Program-made: the position numbers and the translations under genes
Notes under the pieces: model-generated
Told to the model about the DNA's origin: nothing
Seen by the model: the letters and a program-made list of their open reading frames with translations, nothing else
Databases searched by the model: none
Origin: an uncultured Chloroflexia bacterium
Lineage (GTDB): Bacteria; Chloroflexota; UBA5177
Length of the DNA stretch: 64,000 nucleotides
Reading direction: 5' to 3'
Assembly: GCA_963737125.1 (NCBI GenBank)
Contig: CAVTRL010000001.1
Location: 1,758,355 to 1,822,354 of the forward strand
Part shown: positions 10,454 to 19,787 of the stretch, piece by piece
Layout of the letters: the number at the start of each line of letters is the position of its first letter
Position numbering within the stretch: position 1 is the stretch's first letter

Positions 10454-11583
10454 AAGTAGGCATAGCAGCCTATTTGCTGCACTCCGGCGCCGATTATCGC
10501 GCAGCCGGGGTAAGCCTCTATACGTATCAGCTGCTCCGATACTTGCCAGGAGCCGCGAACGACAGCGAATTTCTAGCTTTTTGCGGAAAGGACGCCCCGC
10601 CGGTGGAAAAGGTCCATTCGGTAGTCACGGCCGTGCCGACGGTCCATCCGGTCCTCAGAATCGCGTGGGAGCAAACCGGTTTTCCCTGGTCGGCCGGTCG
10701 GCACGACGTGGATCTGGTGCACGGCACGGTGAACGTGGTGCCGCTCCTTGCGCGGATTCCATCGGTCGTCACCGTGCATGACCTGTCGTTCTTGCGGCTG
10801 CCGGGCATGTTTCCCGCCGCGAAGTCGAGGTATCTGAAATTGGCCGTCGCGCAATCTGTGCGGCGGGCGACGCACGTTATCGCAGTTTCAGCCGGCACGA
10901 GGGCGGATGTGGTAGAGCTGCTCGGCATACCAGAAGGCAAAGTGACGGTGGTCCATTCTGGCGTGTCACCGGCATTTCGACCGCTGGCAGCGGCCACAAT
11001 CGAGCGATTTCGAGTCTCGCACTTTGGCGGCCGCCCGTACATCTTGCACGTGGGAACACTTCAGCCGCGTAAGAACATCGACGTCCTGATCCGGGCATAT
11101 GCAGGCCTCCGGCGCGAGCTGCAACTTCCGCACATGCTGGTCCTGGTCGGTGCGCGAGGATGGATGTTTGAAGATCTGTTCGATCTGGTCCGATCTGAGG
11201 GCCTGTCCGAGCACGTTTTCTTTGCCGGATACGTACGCTGGGAGGATTTACCACTCTGGTATAATTCCTCCGACCTGTTCGCCTACCCGTCGGCCTACGA
11301 AGGCTTCGGATTTCCCTTACTCGAGGCGATGGCGTGTGGAGTGCCGGTCGTCGCCTCTTCCGTTCCGACTTCGGTCGAGGTGGTTGGTGATGCAGGTCTA
11401 ACCGTTTCGCCCGGATCCCAGGAGGCTCTCCAAATGGCACTGACGCGCGTCCTGGAAGATTCGACGCTGCGCGCCGAATTGGTTGAGCGAGGTTTGGCGA
11501 GAGCCGCAACGTTTACCTGGGAACGTACGGCCGCCGAGACGGTCGCCGTGTATGAACGCGTCCGCAGGGAAACCGCACGTTGA
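10450..11583 (+). CDS. GT4-family glycosyltransferase
   Basis: 377 aa; C-terminal ..YPSAYEGFGFPLLEAMACGVPVVASS.. GT4 motif. Confidence 0.7.
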   Translation: MKVGIAAYLLHSGADYRAAGVSLYTYQLLRYLPGAANDSEFLAFCGKDAPPVEKVHSVVTAVPTVHPVLRIAWEQTGFPWSAGRHDVDLVHGTVNVVPLLARIPSVVTVHDLSFLRLPGMFPAAKSRYLKLAVAQSVRRATHVIAVSAGTRADVVELLGIPEGKVTVVHSGVSPAFRPLAAATIERFRVSHFGGRPYILHVGTLQPRKNIDVLIRAYAGLRRELQLPHMLVLVGARGWMFEDLFDLVRSEGLSEHVFFAGYVRWEDLPLWYNSSDLFAYPSAYEGFGFPLLEAMACGVPVVASSVPTSVEVVGDAGLTVSPGSQEALQMALTRVLEDSTLRAELVERGLARAATFTWERTAAETVAVYERVRRETAR

Positions 11584-13043
11584 TTGAATGGAGCCCGCGC
11601 GTCAGCGCCGGACGAGAGGCACGTTCCACCTCGTTTCAGCGACTCGTGCCGGTGACCACGGCGGCCCTCGATCTGGTCCTGATCTACGGCGCTTTCATTC
11701 TGGCTTACTGGCTTCGGTACACGCTGCGGTTGGGGCCGACAATACAACAGCACATCAGTTTCTGGCGGTATCAGCCGCCTGCGCTTTTGCTCGCGGCCGT
11801 AATGATGGTGGTGCTAATCGCGAAAGACTCGTACCGGCGGCGCATGGGCGGGGACATAGTGGGAGAGGCGATCAACGTTTTCAGCGCCTCTACCATTTCG
11901 GTGGCGACGATTGTGGTGATCAACGCGATGCTGCATCAGTGGGAATATTCACGTGCGGTCATCCTGTACGTATGGGTACTGGCGATCGCTCTGGTGATCA
12001 CGGGGCGCGCTCTGCACCGAAGTATGCAGACGATGCTTTACCGAAAAGGACGCGGTGTGCGACGACTGCTGGTGGTCGGGGCTACCGACGTTGGAAAGAT
12101 GATCATGCAAAGCGTGATGAACCGGCCGGACTTCGGTTATCAGCTCGTGGGGTTCGTAGAGCATCGATCATCGCCGACCGTAAAAAACTTCGGCCGCTTT
12201 CGGGCGCTCGGCACGGTGGTAGACGTGCCGTCGATCGTGGAAAGCGCCGGGATCGATGAGGTGATAATCGCGCTTCCGGCTTCGGCACACGAGGATATGT
12301 GGCCCATTCTCAGTAGCTGCGAACGCCTCGGGGTCGGAGTGAAGCTCGTGCCCGACCTGTTCGAAATGGGCCTTGGTAGGGTTCAGATGGACGACATCTC
12401 GGGTATCCCATTGATCGACGTGCAGGAGCGCCCGCTGAGAAATGTCGCGCGAGTAGCGAAGAGATTCACGGATGTGGCGTTGGGATCGATCCTCTTGATC
12501 GCGACGACGCCGGTGGTGTTACTGCTGGCGCTATTGATCCGTCTGGAGTCGGCCGGGCCGGGCTTTCTTCGACAAGAGCGGATCGGCGTGGGTGGCCGCC
12601 GCTTTCTGTGCCTGAAGCTACGGACCATGCGGGTGGATGCAAACGATGTGACGGCGTCGCTACAAGCGATGAATGAAAGCGATGGGCCGCTCTTTAAGAT
12701 TCGGAATGATCCGCGGTGCACGGTGCTGGGAAAGAGAATCCGGCGACTGAGCCTTGACGAGCTGCCGCAGTTGTGGAACGTGGTGAAGGGCGAGATGAGC
12801 CTGGTAGGCCCGCGTCCAGCACTTCCGCACGAAGTTGAGCAGTACGATCTACGTCAAATGCGACGTCTGGAAGTGAAGCCAGGCATCACCGGGATATGGC
12901 AGGTGAGCGGACGGAGCGATCTGTCTTTTGACGAGATGGTGATGATGGATATCCACTACGTGGAAAATTGGTCGATTGGCCTGGACATTGCGATTTTGCT
13001 GCGAACCGTGGTCGCGGTCGTTGCCAGACACGGGGCGTATTGA
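11580..13043 (+). CDS. polyprenyl-phosphate sugar phosphotransferase (WbaP/exopolysaccharide 'sugar transferase' family)
   Basis: 487 aa; C-terminal ..LSLDELPQLWNVVKGEMSLVGPRPALPHEV..KPGITGIWQVSGRSD.. bacterial sugar transferase domain preceded by TM segments. Confidence 0.75.
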   Translation: MIEWSPRVSAGREARSTSFQRLVPVTTAALDLVLIYGAFILAYWLRYTLRLGPTIQQHISFWRYQPPALLLAAVMMVVLIAKDSYRRRMGGDIVGEAINVFSASTISVATIVVINAMLHQWEYSRAVILYVWVLAIALVITGRALHRSMQTMLYRKGRGVRRLLVVGATDVGKMIMQSVMNRPDFGYQLVGFVEHRSSPTVKNFGRFRALGTVVDVPSIVESAGIDEVIIALPASAHEDMWPILSSCERLGVGVKLVPDLFEMGLGRVQMDDISGIPLIDVQERPLRNVARVAKRFTDVALGSILLIATTPVVLLLALLIRLESAGPGFLRQERIGVGGRRFLCLKLRTMRVDANDVTASLQAMNESDGPLFKIRNDPRCTVLGKRIRRLSLDELPQLWNVVKGEMSLVGPRPALPHEVEQYDLRQMRRLEVKPGITGIWQVSGRSDLSFDEMVMMDIHYVENWSIGLDIAILLRTVVAVVARHGAY

Positions 13044-13046
13044 CCG

Positions 13047-13742
13047 ATGGAGTGGGCCGCGTACGGGGGCCTGATTCGCCGCCGCTGGCTGATTCTGGCG
13101 GTCATCGTGGCCCTGGACCTGATCGCGGCCGGTGCGAGCTACGCCCGCAGCCGGCACGCGGCGGGCTACCAGGCGTGCGGCACGCTGTACCTCGCGGATG
13201 TTTCCGCTCCGAGCCTCATCGCCGCTCCTCCCACGTCGTTGGAGGCGGCCGGCGAACTCCTGGCAGGGGAAACTGCCGCCAATTTTTTCGGCGACGATAT
13301 TCTTGACGTGGCGTCGTCGCGATCGGTCGCCAGTTTTATTTCGGCTCATCTCTCCGGTCAGGTCTCAAGCTCGACAAGTGACATCTACGGGCAGGTGACG
13401 GGATCGCGGCGCGATCGAACGGTCTCGCTGTGCGTAAACAACGCGAACAGCGCCACGGCACTGGCCGCGGACCGGGTGCTGACCCAGGCGATGTCGGCCG
13501 ACCGCGCGCGATTTGTGGGGAAGAATATGGCCGGCCGTACGTTTGTTTCGGTCGTGTCGCCGGCGTCGGTAGCGACTGTTCCGGCGTCGTCCTCCCGTTT
13601 GCGACTGGCGCTGGAATTCGTGCTCGGCCTCCTGATCGCGGGCGGTGTCGCGTTGCTGTGGGATGCATTCGATGCGAACGTTCGGGACGAGCATGACGTG
13701 GAACGCATACTGGGCGTACGGGTGACGAGGCTGAGCCGATGA
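13047..13742 (+). CDS. Wzz/polysaccharide co-polymerase-like membrane protein
   Basis: 231 aa with N- and C-terminal TM helices flanking a periplasmic region; position after the sugar transferase. Confidence 0.4.
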   Translation: MEWAAYGGLIRRRWLILAVIVALDLIAAGASYARSRHAAGYQACGTLYLADVSAPSLIAAPPTSLEAAGELLAGETAANFFGDDILDVASSRSVASFISAHLSGQVSSSTSDIYGQVTGSRRDRTVSLCVNNANSATALAADRVLTQAMSADRARFVGKNMAGRTFVSVVSPASVATVPASSSRLRLALEFVLGLLIAGGVALLWDAFDANVRDEHDVERILGVRVTRLSR

Positions 13743-14218
13743 CGCTCGGTTCGCTCGCTATGCTCATCGCCGAATTGCAGATCACGATGGAGGCGATGCA
13801 ATCGTTGTTGGTGACGAGCCCGCTGGCCGATACACGCGTGCGCGGTATCGCGTCGGAAATTTCGGACAGTTTGCGCGGGCGAGAGATACCCGTACGTCTT
13901 CTCCTGTTAGATCCGGGTGGCCACCTGGTACCGCCGGGCGATACCACCGCGACGCCGGCGGGAGAGAACCACGCACCACCGGACATACGTACGCCGGCAG
14001 CGGCGCGGGGCTATTTGAACGCTCCCGGCATACTGACGGTGACCGGGTCCCCGGCGGTGCTGGAAGATCCGACGACGCTTATCCTGGCAGCAGCGGCCGA
14101 CGCGGTGGCACTGGTGGTGGAACAGGGAAAAACGTCGCGGAGGAGCTTGCAGGCGGCCAGGCAGGAGCTACACGCGGTCGGGGCGCACCTGGTCGCGGCT
14201 GTGCTCTACGGGAATTGA
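13739..14218 (+). CDS. BY-kinase (CapB/Wzc ATPase)-like domain protein with degenerate P-loop
   Basis: 159 aa; ..ILTVTGSPAVLEDPTTLILAAAADAVALVVEQGKTS.. resembles the C-terminal half of tyrosine-kinase ATPase domains, but no GxxxxGK[ST] Walker A is present. Confidence 0.35.
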   Translation: MTLGSLAMLIAELQITMEAMQSLLVTSPLADTRVRGIASEISDSLRGREIPVRLLLLDPGGHLVPPGDTTATPAGENHAPPDIRTPAAARGYLNAPGILTVTGSPAVLEDPTTLILAAAADAVALVVEQGKTSRRSLQAARQELHAVGAHLVAAVLYGN

Positions 14219-15426
14219 TCGACAGGTGAGGGGACAGATAACAGCCGCTCCACCTCATCCCAGAGGAGTCTGGCGACCTCGCTCTTGCTCGTTTCGGGAA
14301 TGACTCGCTCGCGGTTCGGAAACACGAAGGTCACCCGGTTGCGATCGGATCCAAACGGTGAGTGTTCCGGTCCGTGCTCGTTGGCAACGATCATCGATAG
14401 ACCCTTGCGCTGCAGCTTTTCCCGCGCCTGTGCGACCAGATCACCGGTCTGAAGGGCGAAGCCGATATGCAGGGCGGAAGGAGCGGCGGCTACGGCATCG
14501 GCCGCGATGTCAGGGGTCGGTTGGAGTGTGAGCTCGGTGACTTCCCCACGCTTCAGCTTACGATCGTGTACCTGCACGGGCGTGAAGTCGGCGACGGCGG
14601 CACACATCACGACGACGTCCTGAGCGCCGACGCTCGCCATGACGGCGTCTCGCATTTCGGCAGCGGTCTCGACATTCTGCACACTCACGGAACGGGGAGG
14701 TGAGAGAGCGGTGGGGCCGCTGACGAGCGTCACGCCGGCGCCGCGCCGCGCCGCCTCAGCGGCAATGGCGTAGCCCATCTTGCCCGAGCTGCGATTACCG
14801 ATATAGCGCACCGGATCAATTGGCTCGTGGGTTGGTCCTGCCGTGACCAGCACCCTTTTGCCACCGAGCGTGCGCCGGGGGGCGACAACGCACACCGATC
14901 TGATGAGATCCGCGATGACGCCAGGCTCGGACATCCGGCCGGGGCCGATGCCTCCCGACGCCAGGCGGCCCGACTGAGGACCGACAATGTGCGCACCGCG
15001 CTCGGCGAGCAGCCGCAAGTTGGCCTGCGTTGCGGCGTGCTCGAACATGTTGGTCTCCATGGCGGGCGCGATTACCAGCGGACCGCGAAACGAGAGGGCC
15101 ACGGCTCCAAGCAGGTCATCGCTCCGTCCCAGGGCCAGGCGGGCGATGGTGTCGGCACTGGCCGGCGCCACGGCCAGTAGGTCGATGGAGGTAGCCAGCG
15201 CCAGGTGGGCCATGGTGGCACCGGCGTTGCCATTTTCCCAGAGGGACGTGACCGCCTTCCGGCCAGTAATTCCTTCCAGAGTCGCCGCGGTGATGAAGTG
15301 AGCGCCGCCCTCGGTGAGCAGCGGCGTCACGTCGAGCCCATCCTGCACCAGCTCGCCGGCGAGGGAGGCCGCTTTAAAGGCCGCAATACTTCCCGAAACG
15401 GCAAGCAAAATGTGAGCGTGTGGCAC
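14206..15426 (-). CDS. coaBC: bifunctional phosphopantothenoylcysteine decarboxylase / phosphopantothenate-cysteine ligase
   Basis: 406 aa; flavoprotein N-domain (..ILLAVSGSIAAFKA..) plus CoaB ligase domain (..GNRSSGKMGYAIA..). Confidence 0.85.
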   Translation of the reverse strand: MPHAHILLAVSGSIAAFKAASLAGELVQDGLDVTPLLTEGGAHFITAATLEGITGRKAVTSLWENGNAGATMAHLALATSIDLLAVAPASADTIARLALGRSDDLLGAVALSFRGPLVIAPAMETNMFEHAATQANLRLLAERGAHIVGPQSGRLASGGIGPGRMSEPGVIADLIRSVCVVAPRRTLGGKRVLVTAGPTHEPIDPVRYIGNRSSGKMGYAIAAEAARRGAGVTLVSGPTALSPPRSVSVQNVETAAEMRDAVMASVGAQDVVVMCAAVADFTPVQVHDRKLKRGEVTELTLQPTPDIAADAVAAAPSALHIGFALQTGDLVAQAREKLQRKGLSMIVANEHGPEHSPFGSDRNRVTFVFPNRERVIPETSKSEVARLLWDEVERLLSVPSPVDQFP

Positions 15427-15545
15427 GCGCTTATCCTTGACCGATCGCTGCGAGGAGCGCTATACTTAGAGCGAACATATGAAGCGAGACATACTACAGC
15501 CAGGAGTTTCGGCTCCGGGCTTTATTGTCTCTCGAGGGGAATACC

Positions 15546-15812
15546 ATGGACGATGTGAAGATACCCGGGGAGCCCATTCCGGCTTCTCCTCTGATGAGGA
15601 GACTAACCATCGTAGCCAGCGGTTTAACGGCCGCGAGCCTCATTGTAAATCTCTTTTTGCAGTTGGCCGACTTTATGAGGAAGCGACCGATGCAGCCGGA
15701 CCAACGTGACAAGACCCAGGCGGCCACGTTGACTCTGAGTGTGCTTCGACAAATGCCGGGACTGATTCGACAAGTGCGGTTGTTTGTGAACCAGATTCGC
15801 TCCGCTTCCTAA
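15546..15812 (+). CDS. small hypothetical single-TM protein
   Basis: Track ORF 15525..15812; one hydrophobic helix (..LTIVASGLTAASLIVNLFLQL..); no recognisable family. Confidence 0.25.
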   Translation: MDDVKIPGEPIPASPLMRRLTIVASGLTAASLIVNLFLQLADFMRKRPMQPDQRDKTQAATLTLSVLRQMPGLIRQVRLFVNQIRSAS

Positions 15813-15827
15813 CGAAAGGACTCCCAC

Positions 15828-16031
15828 ATGAAACCAGGAATACATCCCGAGTACGCGGACGCCACGGTGCAGTGCGCGTGCGGGAACAGCTTTCAGACAC
15901 GTTCCACGAAGCCGATGATCAGGGTCGACGTTTGCTCGAACTGTCATCCCTTCTACACCGGTACGCAACGAATTATCGACTCGGCCGGACAGGTCGAACG
16001 ATTCCGACGTCGGTTCAATATCGACAAGTAA
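15828..16031 (+). CDS. rpmE: 50S ribosomal protein L31
   Basis: 67 aa; [28 protein letters not shown] zinc-ribbon L31. Confidence 0.9.
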   Translation: MKPGIHPEYADATVQCACGNSFQTRSTKPMIRVDVCSNCHPFYTGTQRIIDSAGQVERFRRRFNIDK

Positions 16032-16045
16032 CACTACCCGTACCG

Positions 16046-16080
16046 AATGGGGAGCCGCTGATGCGACTCCCCATTTTTTG
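16046..16080 (+). terminator. Rho-independent terminator after rpmE
   Basis: GC-rich hairpin aatggggag...ctccccatt followed by a T5 tract immediately downstream of the rpmE stop. Confidence 0.6.
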
Positions 16081-16098
16081 TAGGTGTAGGATTGAGCC

Positions 16099-17034
16099 AT
16101 GGCAGCGTTTTACTACGGTGGTCAAGCAGTTATAGAAGGCGTGATGATGCGCGGCAAACGCCAGGCCACGGTGGTGGTGCGTCGGTCCGATCAGACGCTG
16201 TTGTCGCGGACTCATCAGCTACCCGATGCGCTGTATCGAAACCCATTCGCGAGGCTGCCCTTCGTGCGAGGTCTCGTGGTGTTGTGGGAGATGATGATCC
16301 TCGGCACGCGCATGATGGTGTTTTCGGCGAACGTGCAAGCAAAGGGACAGATGGATCGCGAGATTCCAAAGCGCCTGCTCTTGTTTATGATGACGATTTC
16401 GCTGACGCTGGCAGTGGGCGTGTTTTTCGTGCTTCCCCTGCTGGCGGCGCGCTCGGAAGGCCGCCTGTCCTCCGGTTCACTTCAGGAGAATCTGGTGGAA
16501 GGGATCGTTCGACTGGCGTTATTCGTGGGATACCTGGCCCTCATGGGACGCGTGGAACGCATGAACCGCGTTTTTCAATACCACGGCGCCGAACACAAAA
16601 CGGTGAACGCGTTCGAACACGGTGCGCCGCTGGTACCCGCGGAAGTTCAGCGGTATTCGCTGACGCACACGCGGTGCGGGACAGCGTTTCTGCTGTGGGT
16701 GGTGGTGATTTCGATTCTGGTATTCGCGCTTATCGGACATCCGCCAATCGCGCTGGCGATCCTGGCAAGAATCGTGCTCATCCCGGTCGTAGCCGCGGTG
16801 AGCTATGAGATATTGCGTTTTGGCGCGCGCTTCTACGGAGTCTGGGTGGTTCGGATGATCCTGCAACCCGGGTTGTGGCTGCAGCGCTTGACCACGCGTG
16901 AACCGTCGGACGATCAGGTGGAAGTGGCGATTGCAGCGCTGCAGCCGGTTCTGTTGGCCGATGGTGTCCCCTTCGTTCGGGGACGTGGGGCGCAGACGCC
17001 GGCATACGAGTCCGTTCAGCCGGTCTTGACCTGA
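16099..17034 (+). CDS. DUF1385-family membrane protein (YqhQ-like)
   Basis: 311 aa; conserved position between rpmE and prfA, ..[14 protein letters not shown].. motif. Confidence 0.7.
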   Translation: MAAFYYGGQAVIEGVMMRGKRQATVVVRRSDQTLLSRTHQLPDALYRNPFARLPFVRGLVVLWEMMILGTRMMVFSANVQAKGQMDREIPKRLLLFMMTISLTLAVGVFFVLPLLAARSEGRLSSGSLQENLVEGIVRLALFVGYLALMGRVERMNRVFQYHGAEHKTVNAFEHGAPLVPAEVQRYSLTHTRCGTAFLLWVVVISILVFALIGHPPIALAILARIVLIPVVAAVSYEILRFGARFYGVWVVRMILQPGLWLQRLTTREPSDDQVEVAIAALQPVLLADGVPFVRGRGAQTPAYESVQPVLT

Positions 17035-17036
17035 CC

Positions 17037-18107
17037 ATGGAGGAACGGATCGACGCTATTGAGCGCCGCTACGCCGAACTCGGCGAGCTGATGAGCCGGC
17101 CCGAAACGCTCTCCGACATGGCTCTCCTGCAAAAGTACGCACGTGAACATTCGGAGCTCACGCCGTTTGTGACGTCGATTCAGTCATTCCGCGAGACGGA
17201 CGCGGCGATCATCGACGCACGTTCACTGCTGGGTGACGGTGGAGACCCCGAACTGAAGGAACTGGCCGAACAGACGCTGGCGGAGCTGGAGCCGGTTCGG
17301 GAAGCGCAACTGGACGAGCTCAAAACCGCGCTCACGCCCAAGGACCCGAACGATCAGAAGAACGTGATACTGGAAATTCGAGCGGCCGCGGGCGGCGACG
17401 AGGCAGCGCTTTTCGCGCGCGAGCTGCTCCGAATGTACACGCTGTATGCCGAGCAGCAGGGATGGAGCACGGAGATGCTCGACCTGAGCGAAATCGGCAT
17501 TGGAGGCGTCAAGGAAGCGATCGTCAAAGTAGAAGGGACGGGCGCGTTCGGCAAACTGAAGTTTGAAAGCGGTGTCCACCGCGTGCAGCGTGTGCCGGCC
17601 ACGGAGTCTGGCGGACGTATCCACACTTCGACGGCGACCACGCACGTTCTACCGGAGGTGGAAGAGTTCGATGTGGAAATCAGACCGGAAGACCTGCGTA
17701 TTGACGTGTACCGCTCGGCCGGTCACGGCGGGCAAGGAGTGAACACGACGGACAGCGCGGTGCGGATCACGCACTTCCCGACCGGCACCGTGGTGACCTG
17801 CCAGAACGAGCGGTCCCAGATCCAGAACCGAGCCAGTGCCATGGCGGTGCTGCGAGCGCGCCTATACGAGAAGGAACAGGAGCGCCGCCAGAAGGAAATG
17901 GGTGAGTTTCGAAAGTCGCAAGTGCAGACCGGCGATCGCAGCGAAAAGATCCGGACGTACAATTATCCGCAAGATCGGGTTACCGATCATCGCATCAACC
18001 TTTCGGTGCACAACCTGCCCTCGGTGCTCAGTGGGAATCTGGGAGGCATCATCGAGCAGCTGGTGGCGCACGAACAAGAAGAAGGATTGAACGGCGATTC
18101 GGCCTGA
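17037..18107 (+). CDS. prfA: peptide chain release factor 1
   Basis: 356 aa; GGQ motif (..[20 protein letters not shown]..) and RF1-type domain organisation. Confidence 0.9.
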   Translation: MEERIDAIERRYAELGELMSRPETLSDMALLQKYAREHSELTPFVTSIQSFRETDAAIIDARSLLGDGGDPELKELAEQTLAELEPVREAQLDELKTALTPKDPNDQKNVILEIRAAAGGDEAALFARELLRMYTLYAEQQGWSTEMLDLSEIGIGGVKEAIVKVEGTGAFGKLKFESGVHRVQRVPATESGGRIHTSTATTHVLPEVEEFDVEIRPEDLRIDVYRSAGHGGQGVNTTDSAVRITHFPTGTVVTCQNERSQIQNRASAMAVLRARLYEKEQERRQKEMGEFRKSQVQTGDRSEKIRTYNYPQDRVTDHRINLSVHNLPSVLSGNLGGIIEQLVAHEQEEGLNGDSA

Positions 18108-18216
18108 GAACGCTGCCACCGTTTCGGCCGAACCGGAGGGATCGACGGTACGTGATGCCGAGCTGTGGGCACGTGGGCGGCTGACGCCTTCGCCGACAGC
18201 GGCGCTGGACGCACAA

Positions 18217-18969
18217 TTGCTTCTCGCGCACGCGCTCGCCAAAGATCGATCGTGGGTATTGGGGCATTCAGAGGATGTTTGTCCGGCGGCGGCGCGAGCA
18301 CGGTTTATTCGGCTGGTGAAGGAAAGGGCGACCGGCGTGCCGGTGGCGTACCTGCGCGGATTCGTTGAGTGGTATGGGGTGCGGTTAACGGTTAACCGTT
18401 CCGTACTCGTGCCAAGGCCGGAAACCGAGGTCTTGCTGGAAGAAGCAGTACGTATCGCACGCCGACTAAACCTGCTGGATTTTGCCGACATCGGTACGGG
18501 CAGCGGCGCGCTGGCGATCGGGCTGGCTCGCGCCATTCCGGACGCGCGGGTGACTGCCACGGACGTAAGCACGGCGGCACTGCGGGTGGCGGCCGTCAAT
18601 CGTGATGAACTCGGGCTGACGGATCGGATCACGCTGCCGCTCGGCTCGTTGTTCGAGCCAATAACGGCCGAGCCGTCGCTCACGGTTGCCAATTTGCCGT
18701 ACCTATCGACCGCCATGATGGCCGAGCTGGAGGCCGACGTGCGGCATGAGCCATATCTGGCCCTGACGGCCGGACCGGACGGGCTGAGTCTGTACAACGA
18801 CCTGTTTCGGGAACGCCGTCGGCGGGCATGGACCGCACCCGTCCTGTTCGAAGTGGACCCCCGAGAAACAACGGCGGTAGGCGCGATGCTGGAGTCGCAC
18901 GGCGTTGCGGACTACCGGGTGCTGCGTGACTACGCGGGCCGGGATCGGGTCGTGGTGGTGGGCGCTTGA
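18217..18969 (+). CDS. prmC: release factor glutamine N5-methyltransferase PrmC/HemK
   Basis: 250 aa; SAM-binding ..DIGTGSGALAI.. and substrate motif ..VANLPY..; conserved N-terminal residues continue in-frame upstream of the first canonical start (see findings). Confidence 0.8.
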   Translation: MLLAHALAKDRSWVLGHSEDVCPAAARARFIRLVKERATGVPVAYLRGFVEWYGVRLTVNRSVLVPRPETEVLLEEAVRIARRLNLLDFADIGTGSGALAIGLARAIPDARVTATDVSTAALRVAAVNRDELGLTDRITLPLGSLFEPITAEPSLTVANLPYLSTAMMAELEADVRHEPYLALTAGPDGLSLYNDLFRERRRRAWTAPVLFEVDPRETTAVGAMLESHGVADYRVLRDYAGRDRVVVVGA

Positions 18970-19673
18970 GTCACGTGCCGGAACGTTCGCACGGCGAGCA
19001 ACCGACCTTGCTTTTAGATGGAAGCAATGCAGTCGAGCAACTGCGGGCAGTTTCCTTGATCCGGAGCGGAGGGCTGGTGGTGCTGCCCACCGATACCGGC
19101 TATGGCATCGCGGCGAGTCTCTTCGCGCCAGCAAGTGTGGAACGGGTCTACGCGATCAAACAGCGTGATCCATCGCTTCGGTTGCCGGTGCTGCTGGCCA
19201 CGGCGGCCGATCTGCCGATGGTGGTGTCCGCGGTTCCTTCACTTGGCTGGAAGCTGATTGGAAGGTTCTGGCCGGGACCGCTGTCTCTAGTGTTGCCGGC
19301 GACTTCGAATGTGCCGAGGGCGGTGACGGGGGGTCTGGGCACGGTGGCGGTGCGCGTGCCGGGCGCCAGATCCTGCCTCAGCGTACTTCAGTCGCTGGGG
19401 GAGCCCGTTACGGGCACGAGCGCCAATATAAGTGGCCGGCCGTCGGCGCGAACGGCCGACGAAGCTTTTGCTCAGTTGGGCGGCTTAGTCGACGCCATAC
19501 TGGTGGACGACGCAGCCGTGGTGCACGGCGCCGCGTCCACGGTGGTCGAAATCGGTAAGGAGGGCATGATACTGCATCGAACCGGCGTGGTATCGATTGA
19601 CGAGCTGCGGGTCGCTACGTCGGCGCGCGTCACGCCGGTACGCGCGTTGCCCGCCAGGAACGACGGGCGGTAA
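18966..19673 (+). CDS. tsaC: L-threonylcarbamoyladenylate synthase (YrdC/Sua5 family)
   Basis: 235 aa; ..LVVLPTDTGYGIAASL.. YrdC fold signature. Confidence 0.8.
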   Translation: MSHVPERSHGEQPTLLLDGSNAVEQLRAVSLIRSGGLVVLPTDTGYGIAASLFAPASVERVYAIKQRDPSLRLPVLLATAADLPMVVSAVPSLGWKLIGRFWPGPLSLVLPATSNVPRAVTGGLGTVAVRVPGARSCLSVLQSLGEPVTGTSANISGRPSARTADEAFAQLGGLVDAILVDDAAVVHGAASTVVEIGKEGMILHRTGVVSIDELRVATSARVTPVRALPARNDGR

Positions 19674-19787
19674 ACTGAACGTATACGCTCCCGCGATCTA
19701 GTTGGCAAGAGCGGAATCGACACGCTTTTCAACCTCTGTCGCCGCTGTGGCGGCTAGAGGCTATTGCCGTTTAAAGAGGACGATGGA

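Noticed and set aside
8557-10482. Long antisense ORFs inside selB (8557..9306, 9649..10482) and similar antisense or overlapping ORFs throughout the track
   Set aside because: Typical spurious open frames in high-GC DNA; Arg/Ala/Pro/Ser-rich, no recognisable domains, and fully overlapped by strongly supported genes.
19674-19787. Possible T-box leader upstream of valS
   Set aside because: The intergenic region is only about 110 nt, too short for a T-box riboswitch, and I saw no T-box consensus.
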